DNA of 47,517 nucleotides from Phycisphaerae bacterium SM23_30 (GTDB lineage: Bacteria > Planctomycetota > Phycisphaerae > Sedimentisphaerales > SM23-30). Under the pieces are notes generated by a model. It saw only the letters and a program-made list of their open reading frames with translations, did no database searches and was not told where the DNA came from. A program made the translations under genes and the position numbers. Where the stretch lies: contig LJUC01000076.1 in NCBI GenBank assembly GCA_001303695.1, positions 1 to 47,517 of the forward strand, in the 5' to 3' direction. This document shows, in pieces, positions 17,602 to 26,780 of this stretch. How positions within the stretch are numbered: position 1 is the first letter of the stretch; each line of letters opens with the position of its first letter.

Positions 17602-18339
17602 TTGAATCCTTCAGGAGGCAAATTGATTAAGAATAAAAAAACAACGAAACATAAAGTTCCGGATTTATCACCCCAGACTTTTAATCCATCTCTGGCTATT
17701 TTAAAAGACGCGCCGCAGCGGGCGAAGAAGATATTTTCGGTCCTGCAGAAGACGCATCCCGATGCCAAAATCGCCTTGAATTTTTCTAATCCGCTGGAGC
17801 TTTTAGTCGCCACGGTTCTCTCGGCTCAATGCACCGATGTCAGGGTTAATATCGTTACCAAGGACCTTTTCAAAAAGTATCGTAAAGCCGCCGATTACGT
17901 CAAAGTCGATCAACAAGAGCTGGAAGAGGATATAAAGAGCACCGGTTTTTATCGCAACAAGGCCAAGAGCATCAAAGCGGCGTGCGGCGATATCGTGGAC
18001 AAGTTTAGCGGAAAAGTGCCGGATAATATGGACGATCTGTTATCATTAGCGGGCGTGGGGCGCAAGACGGCCAATGTCATTTTGGGCAACGCCTACGGCC
18101 AACCCGGCATTGTTACGGACACCCACGTTATTCGTCTCTCCCGTTTGATGGGGCTCTCTGATCAGACTGACCCGGTGAAGCTGGAGTTTGCCTTGATGGA
18201 GCTGATACCCAAAAAAGAATGGACTTTTTTCAGCCACCTGATGATTTTTCACGGCCGCAGGATTTGCCGTGCCCGCCGACCCGATTGTGAAAGCTGTCCC
18301 GTTCGGCCCCATTGCGGTTACGGTCGATTGATTTTATGA
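17602..18339 (+). CDS. nth: endonuclease III
   Basis: LVATVLSAQCTDVRVN, the HhH-GPD motif LLSLAGVGRKTANVILG, DTHVIRLS and the 4Fe-4S cluster CRARRPDCESCPVRPHC are all present. The start is uncertain: TTG at 17602, or TTG at 17623 behind an AGGAGG. Confidence 0.9.
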   Translation: MNPSGGKLIKNKKTTKHKVPDLSPQTFNPSLAILKDAPQRAKKIFSVLQKTHPDAKIALNFSNPLELLVATVLSAQCTDVRVNIVTKDLFKKYRKAADYVKVDQQELEEDIKSTGFYRNKAKSIKAACGDIVDKFSGKVPDNMDDLLSLAGVGRKTANVILGNAYGQPGIVTDTHVIRLSRLMGLSDQTDPVKLEFALMELIPKKEWTFFSHLMIFHGRRICRARRPDCESCPVRPHCGYGRLIL

Positions 18340-18459
18340 CAAATGAATATTAACATAACCGGGCGGCGCCTCCAAAATTTGTTTGGGGGCGCTTTTAGTC
18401 CAAAGTCAACATTACTATAGGGCGGTGTTTTATTAATTTTTTACGGCTCAATAACAAGA

Positions 18460-19074
18460 ATGAATAACGCCACTGTCATATTATTAGGCGGCGCCCCGCT
18501 GGTAGGTAAAACGGCGGTGGCGCGGAAACTGGCGGGGCAATGGGCCTATGGCTGTGTATCCACGGATGATCTGGCCGACGCCATCACGGCGGTTACCACC
18601 CCGCAGTCACACCCTCATCTGCATCTTTTGGAACAGAAGGATCACCGTAAATATTTTATTAAGCACACCGCGGCCCGTTTGGTCGCCGACGCGGAATACC
18701 TTAATGAAGGCTTATGGCCGGCCCTAAAAAAAATCATCATCAAACATGGAGAGCGAGCGGATCCGTTGGTGATCGAAGGTTGGCACCTGATGCCGCACAG
18801 GGTGGCTCAACTGGACCAAAAAGGTATATATTCTCTCTGGCTGGTCGCCGAGCGGGAGTTCTTTGAGCAAAAGGTTCATCAGCAGGCCGAGTTGTTTCAT
18901 CAAACCGCTATGGCCGATGAGTTAATGCGAAAATTTATCGAAAGAAGCACCATCATAAACGACAATATCCGCCAGGCGGCGACGTCTTTGAGCTTGCCGA
19001 TCGTGGAGGTTTCGCCGCCGGATACCACCGAGGAAATCTACGAACGTTGCTTGGAAGTGATAAAGCAGAGCTGA
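18460..19074 (+). CDS. P-loop NTPase/kinase-like protein
   Basis: 204 aa with Walker A at the N-terminus (VILLGGAPLVGKTAVARKLA). The size and layout look like small AAA_33/2-phosphoglycerate-kinase-like kinases. Substrate unknown. Confidence 0.55.
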   Translation: MNNATVILLGGAPLVGKTAVARKLAGQWAYGCVSTDDLADAITAVTTPQSHPHLHLLEQKDHRKYFIKHTAARLVADAEYLNEGLWPALKKIIIKHGERADPLVIEGWHLMPHRVAQLDQKGIYSLWLVAEREFFEQKVHQQAELFHQTAMADELMRKFIERSTIINDNIRQAATSLSLPIVEVSPPDTTEEIYERCLEVIKQS

Positions 19075-19077
19075 TGA

Positions 19078-19977
19078 ATGACATTTGGTAATACCAATCG
19101 CCCGGTTATTTCCCCCCCTGCCGCTTCGCTGGTTTGTGATACGCCGTGCGAATTGATTACCCTGGAATTGGCTGACGGCTACCTCGGCGCCGCCCGGGTG
19201 TTTGAGGCCGCCGATTCCCGCCGGGCAGTGGTTTACCTGCACGGCATTCAATCGCACGGGGGGTGGTTTTTGCAGTCGTGCGATTTTTTACGAGGTCGGG
19301 GTATGACCGTATTGGCGCCGGATCGGCGAGGCAGCGGGCTGAACCGGCGCGCGCGAGGCCATTGTGATTCGCCGAGGCAGCTTATCAAGGACGTCAACCG
19401 CGGTGTCGATTGGCTCCGCCGACGGACCGGGTTTAAACAGGTAGATCTGGTGGCGGTCAGTTGGGGCGGCAAACTCGCGCTGGCTTATGCCGAAGAATTC
19501 TCCGAAAAAATCCGCTCGGTGGCGCTGGTCGCCCCGGGACTGTGCCCCAAAATTGACATCAGGCTAACCGCTAAAATCGCCATCGGCGTCCACGGCCTCC
19601 TCCACCCCCGCCAACCGCACAAGATCCCCTTGAATGAACCGACGCTGTTCACTCAAACCCCGGCGCTGCTGACTTTCATCGAGAACGACCCTTTGAAATT
19701 GACCCACGCGACCGCTTCTTTTTTTATCGCCAGCTCCCGTCTGGATGCAAAGGTCCGCAAAGTCATCGGCAGGTTGAAAGTGCCGGTTTATCTGTTTCTG
19801 GCCGGGCAGGACCGTATTATCGAAAATCAGGCCACGATTAGACTGCTGGGACCGGTGCTCCAGCCGAGAAAAGAGGCCTCAGATCCGGCTAAAATATATA
19901 GGCGGGCGCACCACACCCTCGACTTCGAACCCGATCCGCTGCCCTTTTTCTGCGACCTGGCGGATTCTCTGGCGTAA
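19078..19977 (+). CDS. alpha/beta hydrolase (lysophospholipase/monoacylglycerol-lipase-like)
   Basis: 299 aa with an oxyanion region (VVYLHGIQSHGGWF), a nucleophile elbow (AVSWGGK, GxSxG type) and a late HHTLDFE histidine. The start is 4 nt after the previous stop. Confidence 0.7.
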   Translation: MTFGNTNRPVISPPAASLVCDTPCELITLELADGYLGAARVFEAADSRRAVVYLHGIQSHGGWFLQSCDFLRGRGMTVLAPDRRGSGLNRRARGHCDSPRQLIKDVNRGVDWLRRRTGFKQVDLVAVSWGGKLALAYAEEFSEKIRSVALVAPGLCPKIDIRLTAKIAIGVHGLLHPRQPHKIPLNEPTLFTQTPALLTFIENDPLKLTHATASFFIASSRLDAKVRKVIGRLKVPVYLFLAGQDRIIENQATIRLLGPVLQPRKEASDPAKIYRRAHHTLDFEPDPLPFFCDLADSLA

Positions 19978-20080
19978 CAGGCGAAACCTGATGAACTTCC
20001 GGTTAATTAAAATACCCCCAAAATACGGTTGTCTCAGAAAATAAAGCCGTTGCCTTGGGGAATGATTCAAAATTTTCCCC

Positions 20081-20109
20081 TTGACGGGCTATCCGTGGAA
20101 CTTTAGAAT
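20081..20109 (+). promoter_or_regulatory. candidate sigma70-type promoter for the RRM protein gene
   Basis: TTGACG-17 nt-TAGAAT, which would give a ~115-nt 5' leader before the ATG at 20226. Confidence 0.4.
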
Positions 20110-20225
20110 ATAATCAAAGTTGGTCGGTTCGTGTCTTAATCGACTTTTCGGTCCCTTCAGGGGTCTGGTGAGCGATCTAACCGTTTCCGGCAGGTGAAAA
20201 CCATGTTGTTTTGGAGTATCGAGTT

Positions 20226-20534
20226 ATGAATATTTATGTTGGCAATCTATCCTACGACACCACTGAAGAGAAAATTCGAGAAATTTTTGAGCCTTTTGGC
20301 CAGGTAGAGAGTGTTTCCATTATTACGGACCGACAAACGGGAAGATCTCGGGGATTTGCCTTTGTGATCATGCCGGACGATGCTGAGGGTCAGCGGGCCA
20401 TAGATGAGGCCAACGGTAAGGACCTGGAAGGTAGAGCCTTGAAAGTCAATCAGGCCCGTAAGCGAACCGAGGGGCAAGGTCGCGGCCGACGCGGTGGCGG
20501 CGGCGGTGGCGGCGGCGGCGGTCGTCGCTGGTAA
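20226..20534 (+). CDS. RRM-type RNA-binding protein with a Gly/Arg-rich tail
   Basis: It has RNP2 (IYVGNL) and RNP1 (RGFAFVIM), and the tail ends in GRGRRGGGGGGGGGGRRW. A GGAG lies 9 nt upstream of the ATG at 20226. The ORF track starts at an upstream TTG (20211). Confidence 0.85.
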   Translation: MNIYVGNLSYDTTEEKIREIFEPFGQVESVSIITDRQTGRSRGFAFVIMPDDAEGQRAIDEANGKDLEGRALKVNQARKRTEGQGRGRRGGGGGGGGGGRRW

Positions 20535-20794
20535 CTGCTTAAAATTCTCGAATAATTTTATCAGCCGTCCCTAAGAATCATACCCCATTGTTGAATCAGC
20601 TTTATGAGCGAAATCCACCCTGGCGGAGATTCCCTGTCCAGCGCGATTTTTGCCGGTTTTTCCGACGAAATCCTGCTGTTTTATACCCGCACCATGTAAG
20701 GTTTAAATCTAAGAGTAGATATTCGCCGAAAAAAATCGCCGTTGCCGGTAGCATAAATACCGGAATTTTCACCAGGAAAAACCTGAAATTTATT

Positions 20795-20822
20795 TTGACA
20801 GAGTGGGCTTGGGGGATATAAT
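20795..20822 (+). promoter_or_regulatory. candidate sigma70-type promoter for marR and the activase gene
   Basis: TTGACA-16 nt-TATAAT, located 40 nt upstream of the MarR start. Confidence 0.45.
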
Positions 20823-20862
20823 TCGCATCTTAACTATATAGCTGTGAATTACCGGTTTAATT

Positions 20863-21375
20863 ATGTCTCTACAAACCGACTTACATATGAAAGAGCCCAT
20901 CACGCCGCTGGCCCGGGAGGCCATGTTAAACATCTATCACACCGCCAATTGCATTAAAAAAAGGGCCGATGAATTCTTCCGGTCATATGGGCTCAGCGAC
21001 GTGCAGTTCAATGTCATGATGCTGCTGGGCCACCAAGGCGGCGCGGAGGGGGGATTAAGTCAGGCCCAGATTTCCGCGATGATGCTGGTCAACCGGGCCA
21101 ATATAACCGCTTTGATCGACCGGATGGAAAAAGCCGGTCTGGTCGAACGCACCGCCGCCCCCACAGATAGAAGATATAACATCGTCAAATTAACCGGCTA
21201 CGGCAGGTCACTCCTGGCCCGGGTGGAACCCCTTTATATAGAGGAGATAAAACAGGCCGCCGTTCTCGAACCCGCCGAACAAAAACAACTGATCGTTATG
21301 CTGGAAAAAATCCGGCGCAATGTTTCGGAACGGCCTTTGATCAATAATAAACCTAAAACTGAAATATCAAGATAA
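20863..21375 (+). CDS. MarR family transcriptional regulator
   Basis: 170 aa with a winged HTH: LSQAQISAMMLVNRANITALIDRMEKAGLVERTAAPTDRRYNIVKLT. Confidence 0.85.
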   Translation: MSLQTDLHMKEPITPLAREAMLNIYHTANCIKKRADEFFRSYGLSDVQFNVMMLLGHQGGAEGGLSQAQISAMMLVNRANITALIDRMEKAGLVERTAAPTDRRYNIVKLTGYGRSLLARVEPLYIEEIKQAAVLEPAEQKQLIVMLEKIRRNVSERPLINNKPKTEISR

Positions 21376-21414
21376 ATACATACGATCTTCAATACTGCGA
21401 AAGGATAGAAACGC

Positions 21415-23277
21415 ATGACCAGAGCGAACGCCATACGATTCGGCAAGACTAAAAGTCCCGCACTTCAGCAACTTGAGCTGCCTGATCGTGGTTCTTTGCA
21501 TCTTGGCATCGACATCGGCTCGGTGAGCTGCAAATTGGCCCTTTTGGATGATGGTCTCTCGATTCGCTATCTTCGTTATCAGCGTACCCACGGCCGGCCG
21601 ATGGAGACGGCCCGGGCCATGTTGGCGACTCTGTTAGAGCAGATTCCGTCCGTCCGTATTGCCACCATGGCCGGCACCGGCACCGCCGGCCGGGCCCTCT
21701 GCGGCTTGCTGGGCATCGACTTCGTCAATGAACTGATATGTCAGGCCGCCGCCATTGGTCATTTGCGTCCCGAGGTCCGCACCTTGATCGAAATGGGAGG
21801 GCAGGATAGCAAAGTCATTTTCCTGCCCGACCGCCCCATCGGTCATTCTGTGCCCGACATTTGTCATTCTGAGCGCAGCGAAGAATCTCAATTTCAAAAT
21901 GTAGCTGTAGAATCTTTTAAATCCGTCCCCCCTATCAATGCCGACATGTCCGATTTCTCCATGAACACGGTATGTGCCGCCGGCACGGGCAGTTTCCTGG
22001 ATCAGCAGGCCACCAGATTAGGCGTTGATATTGAAGGTGAATTCGGCGAATTGGCCATAAAAAGCGAAAATCCGCCTCGAGTTGCGGGCCGCTGCAGCGT
22101 TTTCGCTAAAAGCGATATGATTCACCTCCAGCAGCAGGCCACCCCCGTCCACGACATTGTTGCCGGTTTGTGCCTGGGACTGGCCCGCAATTTGAAGAGT
22201 TCGCTCTGTCAAGGCAAAGAGGTCATACCGCCTGTGGCGTTCTGCGGTGGCGTGGCCGGCAATGTCGGGGTGGTCAGAGCCTTTGAGGATATCTTCGGTT
22301 TAGGCGCCGGCGGTCTGATCGTTCCCGAAGAACACGCCGTCACCGGCGCCATCGGGGCGGTGCTGGTCCAGCTTCGACAGGGCGCCGGCGGCAGCAGCAC
22401 CCAGGAACCGCGGGTCCTGCTGGCCAGACTGGACGATTATATCAGGCAGAACCGCACCGTCGGCCATCGACTCGAGCCTCTAAGGCAGCCCAGCCAACCC
22501 ACCCCGGTAAGTAAAGTACATTCGGAAATACTCGATCAGGCCCGCAAATCCAACCGGAAAATACCCGCTTATCTAGGTGTTGACGTCGGCTCGATCAGCA
22601 CAAACGTTGTTGTCATGGACGAAAACCAGCGGGTCCTCAGCAAAGCCTATCTGATGACTGCCGGCCGACCCCTCGAGGCCATCCGCCAGGGTATCGATAT
22701 TGTCGCCCCCGACGTCCGGGACCTAGTCGAGATCCGAGGCGTCGCCTCCACCGGTTCCGGCCGCTACCTCACCGGCGATTTCGTCGGCGCCGACCTGGTC
22801 ATTAACGAGATCCCCGCCCAGGCCACCGGCGCCGCCATTGTCGATCCGACCGTCGATACCATCTTTGAAATCGGCGGTCAGGACAGCAAATACATCTCTC
22901 TCGATGACGGAGTCGTGATTGATTTCGAGATGAACCACGCCTGTGCCGCCGGCACGGGAAGCTTTTTGGAGGAGCAGGCCGAACGGCTGGGCATGAACAT
23001 TAAGGACGAATTCGCCGCCGAAGCCTTTTCCTCCGGCGCCCCCATTCGCCTTGGCGAACGCTGCACCGTTTTTATGGAATCCGACCTCTTAAGCTACCAA
23101 CAGCAGGGCGCCGAACGACCGGATCTCGTGGCGGGGTCTCGGCCTTTGAGGCCATCACCGGCAAACCCATTATCCTTCCCGACCATCACGAAGTCACCGG
23201 CGCCCTCGGGGCCGCCGAACTTGCCCGACGGCACATGGAGCAAAAAGCCGCCGAACCGGGCGAGGGCAAGACCTTAA
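21415..23277 (+). CDS. BcrAD/BadFG-type ATPase (CoA-substrate-specific enzyme activase), N-terminal two-ATPase-domain portion; reading frame lost near 23135
   Basis: There are two ASKHA/BadF-type repeats (LGIDIGSVSCK..GGQDSKVI..CAAGTGSFLDQQA and LGVDVGSISTN..GGQDSKYI..CAAGTGSFLEEQA). The last ~45 residues (SRPLRPSPANPL..) look out of frame. A ~29-nt dispersed repeat is carried in-frame at 21863. Confidence 0.75.
   Translation: MTRANAIRFGKTKSPALQQLELPDRGSLHLGIDIGSVSCKLALLDDGLSIRYLRYQRTHGRPMETARAMLATLLEQIPSVRIATMAGTGTAGRALCGLLGIDFVNELICQAAAIGHLRPEVRTLIEMGGQDSKVIFLPDRPIGHSVPDICHSERSEESQFQNVAVESFKSVPPINADMSDFSMNTVCAAGTGSFLDQQATRLGVDIEGEFGELAIKSENPPRVAGRCSVFAKSDMIHLQQQATPVHDIVAGLCLGLARNLKSSLCQGKEVIPPVAFCGGVAGNVGVVRAFEDIFGLGAGGLIVPEEHAVTGAIGAVLVQLRQGAGGSSTQEPRVLLARLDDYIRQNRTVGHRLEPLRQPSQPTPVSKVHSEILDQARKSNRKIPAYLGVDVGSISTNVVVMDENQRVLSKAYLMTAGRPLEAIRQGIDIVAPDVRDLVEIRGVASTGSGRYLTGDFVGADLVINEIPAQATGAAIVDPTVDTIFEIGGQDSKYISLDDGVVIDFEMNHACAAGTGSFLEEQAERLGMNIKDEFAAEAFSSGAPIRLGERCTVFMESDLLSYQQQGAERPDLVAGSRPLRPSPANPLSFPTITKSPAPSGPPNLPDGTWSKKPPNRARARP
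21863..21891 (+). repeat. dispersed ~29-nt hairpin repeat, copy A (inside a CDS, in-frame)
   Basis: gtcattctgagcgcagcgaagaatctcaa, translated as CHSERSEESQ within the activase ORF. A partial ggtcattctg lies 12 nt upstream. Confidence 0.8.
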
Positions 23278-25895
23278 AAAGCACCTTCCGCGGTTTTGAT
23301 CTGTCGCAGATGGAATATAAAGTGCGCACTTTCGAGTGCCCGCATTGCCCCAATAATTGTGAAATCAAGGAAGTGACCCTGCCCGATGCCGATCCGCTCT
23401 ACTACGGCTCCCGCTGCGACCGCTATAACGTTAAAAAGGACCTGACCAGGACCGAGGAGCTTGCCGACCTGTTCGGCTGGCGTCAGCAGATGCTCGAACA
23501 TTACGCCGGCCTCAATGATAAATCCGTCGAAAAATACGATCCTGTCATTCTGAGCGAAGCGAAGGATCTCAAGTCTCCCGAACGGACTCCCTCCCGCGGC
23601 ACTATCGGCATCCCCATGTGCCTGAGCCATTATCAGTTTTTACCGCTCTGGGGGACCTTTTTTAAGGAGTTAGGCTTTGAGGTGGTTCTCTCCGGCCGCT
23701 CCACCAAGACCGTCATCCAGAAAGGCGTCGAATCGGTGCTGGCTCAGCCTTGTTTCCCGGTAAAGGTCGCCCACGGTCACGTGCTGCAATTGTTAAAACG
23801 CAACGTTGATTATATTTGGCTGCCCAGTATTGTCTCGATGCCGGCCGACTATCCGGAAAATAAACATAACCAGCTCTGCCCCTACGTTCAGACCATCCCT
23901 TATCAGGTCCGCGCCGCCCTCAAGGCCAAAGGCATCGATCTGACCGGAGATAAAAATCACCTGCTCGACCTGCACATTCGCTTTCAGGACGGCCTGAAGC
24001 CTTTACGCCGCCACCTTTGGCCCCTGGCTCAAAAACTAAACCTCACCAAGGCCCAGATCAACCGGGCCCTCGACGCCGGCCTGACCGCCCAGAAGGCATT
24101 CGAGGACGCCTGCCGACAACGTGGGTATGAAGCTCTTGAACAGCTCAAGCCCGATCAAAAGGCCTGCGTTGTGGTTTCCCGACCCTATAACGGCTGCGAT
24201 CCCGGCGTCTGTCTTGATCTAGCCTTGAAACTCCGGCGGATGAACGTACTTCCCATACCGCTGGATTTCCTTGATCTTGATGCTGCCAACGTTATCGAGC
24301 CCGAACTACAGCAGGAGATGTACTGGAAGTACGGCCAGCGGATTTTCCGGGCCGCCCATATCATTCGCGAAGACTCTCGTCTGTACGCTATCTTCCTCAG
24401 CAATTTCAGTTGCGGACCCGACAGTTTCATCGGCCATTTCTTTAAGGAATTAATGACCTCCACCGATTCAAAGGGCATCGAACGTCGCAAACCGGCCCTC
24501 CTTTTGGAAATTGACGAGCACAGTGCCGATGCCGGCGTCATTACCCGCCTGGAGGCCTTTCACGAGAGTCTAAAGGCCGCCTCCTCACGCCGCGCCGCAG
24601 AAGCCGAAGAAACAGCATCCACGGTACAATCCCCTTATAGCCCCTGGCGTATGGATTGGGGCGACTGCTCCGGCCGAACCTTGTATATCCCCTGGATGGG
24701 CGATCATTCCTATACCCTGGCTGCTGCCTTTCGCCATTGCGGTCAGGATGCCGATGTCCTGCCCCTCGGCGACGAAGAAACGCTCCGCTGGGGCCATAAA
24801 TACACCTCCGGCAAGGAATGTCTGCCCTGCATCATCACCACCGGTGATATGCTTAAAAAAATCAATGAACCCGACCTGGACCCCGACCGCGTCGCCTTTT
24901 TCATGCCCGGCAGCAGCGGACCCTGCCGGTTCGGACAATATAGCTGTCTTCAGCGGCTGGTCCTGAAGCAATCGGGCCTACCTAATACGGTACCGGTGGT
25001 TTCTCCGAATCAGGACGGCAACTTTTACGAACATTTTCAGCGATTCCGTCAGGACCCCACCCGCTTATCCTATAGCGGTGTCGCCGCGGTTGATCTTATT
25101 TTTAAGGTTCTGCTCAAGATTCGGCCTTACGAAAAACAGTCCGGCTCGGCCGATCAGGCCTATAAAAATTGCGTCCGGCGGATCGTCGAGTCCATGAGTC
25201 TCGGCATCATGGAAAAGGAACTGCTCCCGGTGATGAACCGCTGTGCCGAGGAATTGGCCCGGGTGGAAATTGATCGTTCTCAGCCCAAACCGCTTATCAG
25301 TGTCGTCGGCGAGATCTACGTTCGCAGCCACACCTTCGCCAACGACAATATCGTCCGTAAGTTGGAGGCCCTCGGCGCCGAGGTCAGCCTGGCCTGTTTT
25401 GCCGAATGGCTCTATTACACCAACCACACCCGCCGACTTATGGCCCGGCGCTGGCGCGCCTACGACATCTGGCTCCAGAACCTCCTGAAGAACCGGGTGC
25501 AGCACAAGGTTGAAAAACTGCTGGCCGGACCTCTGGAGCGCTATTTCGGGCGCTTAGCCGAGCACGAAATCACCGAGGTCATAAAGGCCGCCCAGCCTTA
25601 CATGCACGAATCCTTCGAAGGGGAAGCCATCCTCAGTATCGGCAAAATGGTCGAAATGTTCCATAACGGTGCTTCCGGGGCCGTTAACGTCATGCCTTTT
25701 ACCTGTATGCCTTCCACTATTGTCAGCGGTATCAGCCGCCAGATCTCCGCCGACGCCGGCGGCCGGCCGATCCTCAACATCAGCTACGACGGCCAGCAGG
25801 ATCCGACTTTGCAAACCCGCCTGGAGGCCTTTATGCACCAGGCCCACGCCTTCAGCCGCCGTTATACCCAGGTCCCGGTCTCACAAACCCCCTGA
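23235..25895 (+). CDS. C-terminal portion of the same activase-type protein (2-hydroxyacyl-CoA-dehydratase/DUF2229-like region)
   Basis: This frame is open from ~23142 and reads AFEAITGKPIILPDHHEVTGALGAAELA there, which is the normal end of the second ATPase domain. Next come a CxxC..C cluster (FECPHCPNNCE) and a large dehydratase-like region. A second repeat copy sits in-frame at 23544. Confidence 0.75.
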   Translation: MEQKAAEPGEGKTLKSTFRGFDLSQMEYKVRTFECPHCPNNCEIKEVTLPDADPLYYGSRCDRYNVKKDLTRTEELADLFGWRQQMLEHYAGLNDKSVEKYDPVILSEAKDLKSPERTPSRGTIGIPMCLSHYQFLPLWGTFFKELGFEVVLSGRSTKTVIQKGVESVLAQPCFPVKVAHGHVLQLLKRNVDYIWLPSIVSMPADYPENKHNQLCPYVQTIPYQVRAALKAKGIDLTGDKNHLLDLHIRFQDGLKPLRRHLWPLAQKLNLTKAQINRALDAGLTAQKAFEDACRQRGYEALEQLKPDQKACVVVSRPYNGCDPGVCLDLALKLRRMNVLPIPLDFLDLDAANVIEPELQQEMYWKYGQRIFRAAHIIREDSRLYAIFLSNFSCGPDSFIGHFFKELMTSTDSKGIERRKPALLLEIDEHSADAGVITRLEAFHESLKAASSRRAAEAEETASTVQSPYSPWRMDWGDCSGRTLYIPWMGDHSYTLAAAFRHCGQDADVLPLGDEETLRWGHKYTSGKECLPCIITTGDMLKKINEPDLDPDRVAFFMPGSSGPCRFGQYSCLQRLVLKQSGLPNTVPVVSPNQDGNFYEHFQRFRQDPTRLSYSGVAAVDLIFKVLLKIRPYEKQSGSADQAYKNCVRRIVESMSLGIMEKELLPVMNRCAEELARVEIDRSQPKPLISVVGEIYVRSHTFANDNIVRKLEALGAEVSLACFAEWLYYTNHTRRLMARRWRAYDIWLQNLLKNRVQHKVEKLLAGPLERYFGRLAEHEITEVIKAAQPYMHESFEGEAILSIGKMVEMFHNGASGAVNVMPFTCMPSTIVSGISRQISADAGGRPILNISYDGQQDPTLQTRLEAFMHQAHAFSRRYTQVPVSQTP
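23544..23573 (+). repeat. dispersed hairpin repeat, copy B (inside a CDS, in-frame)
   Basis: gtcattctgagcgaagcgaaggatctcaag, translated as VILSEAKDLK in the second activase ORF. Confidence 0.8.
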
Positions 25896-25941
25896 GCTGA
25901 TATCATTAAAACCGCAGACAAAAGGGGAAATTTGCCCTACG

Positions 25942-25970
25942 GTCATTCTGAGCGCAGTGAAGAATCTCAA
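25942..25970 (+). repeat. dispersed hairpin repeat, copy C (intergenic, 47 nt after the activase stop)
   Basis: gtcattctgagcgcagtgaagaatctcaa. Confidence 0.8.
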
Positions 25971-26109
25971 ATATCAGTTACCTAACTTATGGTGGGGGAT
26001 TATGTCCTAGCGCATGTTTGTCAGTTGGGCTTGTAAGTCCTTGTTAAATAAGGACTCGATTTTAAGTTTGTCATTACATGGGCATTTTTGGCTACCTTCT
26101 GTAGTTTTT

Positions 26110-26724
26110 TCAGGGATCAGGGGGATTAATTTCCTTGATATTCAGCGCGGAAAGAATTCGCTTGGTATCCCGGCCACCACCAGAGACCAAACGCATAACT
26201 TTATGGTCCATGGCCAATTCAGACAAGCCTATCGATTTCATCGCGACAAGGGCATCTGTGCCGCTGAGTTGCGGCAACTTCGAGGCCAATTGATATTCCA
26301 AGGAACATTTGATGAACAAGGCCAAGGTGGCCACAAAGATGTGAGCTTCAATCCGGTCATCTTTCTGGTGATGGATCGGGCGCATATCAATGACGTCCTT
26401 CAAATCACGGCAGCCCTGTTCCACGGTGTTGAGTTCTTTATAACAGGTCACCGCCTCGACCGCCGTAATCTCCATATGATCGGTTTTGAGAATATATTTA
26501 CCTTCGTGAAGCATTTCCGCCGCCAGCTTTTTGCCATCTTCAAAAAAACGGAACTTTCCCGGACCAGATACTTCCCATGAGTAATATCGATAACCGTGAG
26601 GCCGGGAAAGAGCCCGGCCGGCATGAGCGCCTATCCGGGCAGGATTCTTCAGGCGCCCCGCCGAAACCGCTTTAACCACCTTCTCCAATTCCTCTTTCGC
26701 GCGGCTCATGGAACGCTGACGCAT
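26110..26724 (-). pseudogene. C-terminal fragment of an IS1634-family (IS4-like) DDE transposase
   Basis: GKYILKTD..EAVTCYKELNTVEQGCRDLKDVIDMRPIHHQKDDRIEAHIFVATLALF is the typical IS1634 C-terminal region. The frame stays open upstream to 26768 and is cut exactly at the end of the neighbouring IS. The N-terminal two thirds are absent. Confidence 0.65.
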
Positions 26725-26780
26725 TGATTCCTCATAGGCCTTACGTTCTGCACTATCGATAAGTGCGGTTTAGCCATTTC

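Noticed and set aside
20480-20525. GGC/GGT microsatellite-like run
   Set aside because: It encodes the Gly-rich tail of the RRM protein and is in frame. It is not an independent repeat element.
26014-26580. 188-aa plus-strand ORF
   Set aside because: It is antisense to the IS1634 transposase fragment, which has clear family motifs.
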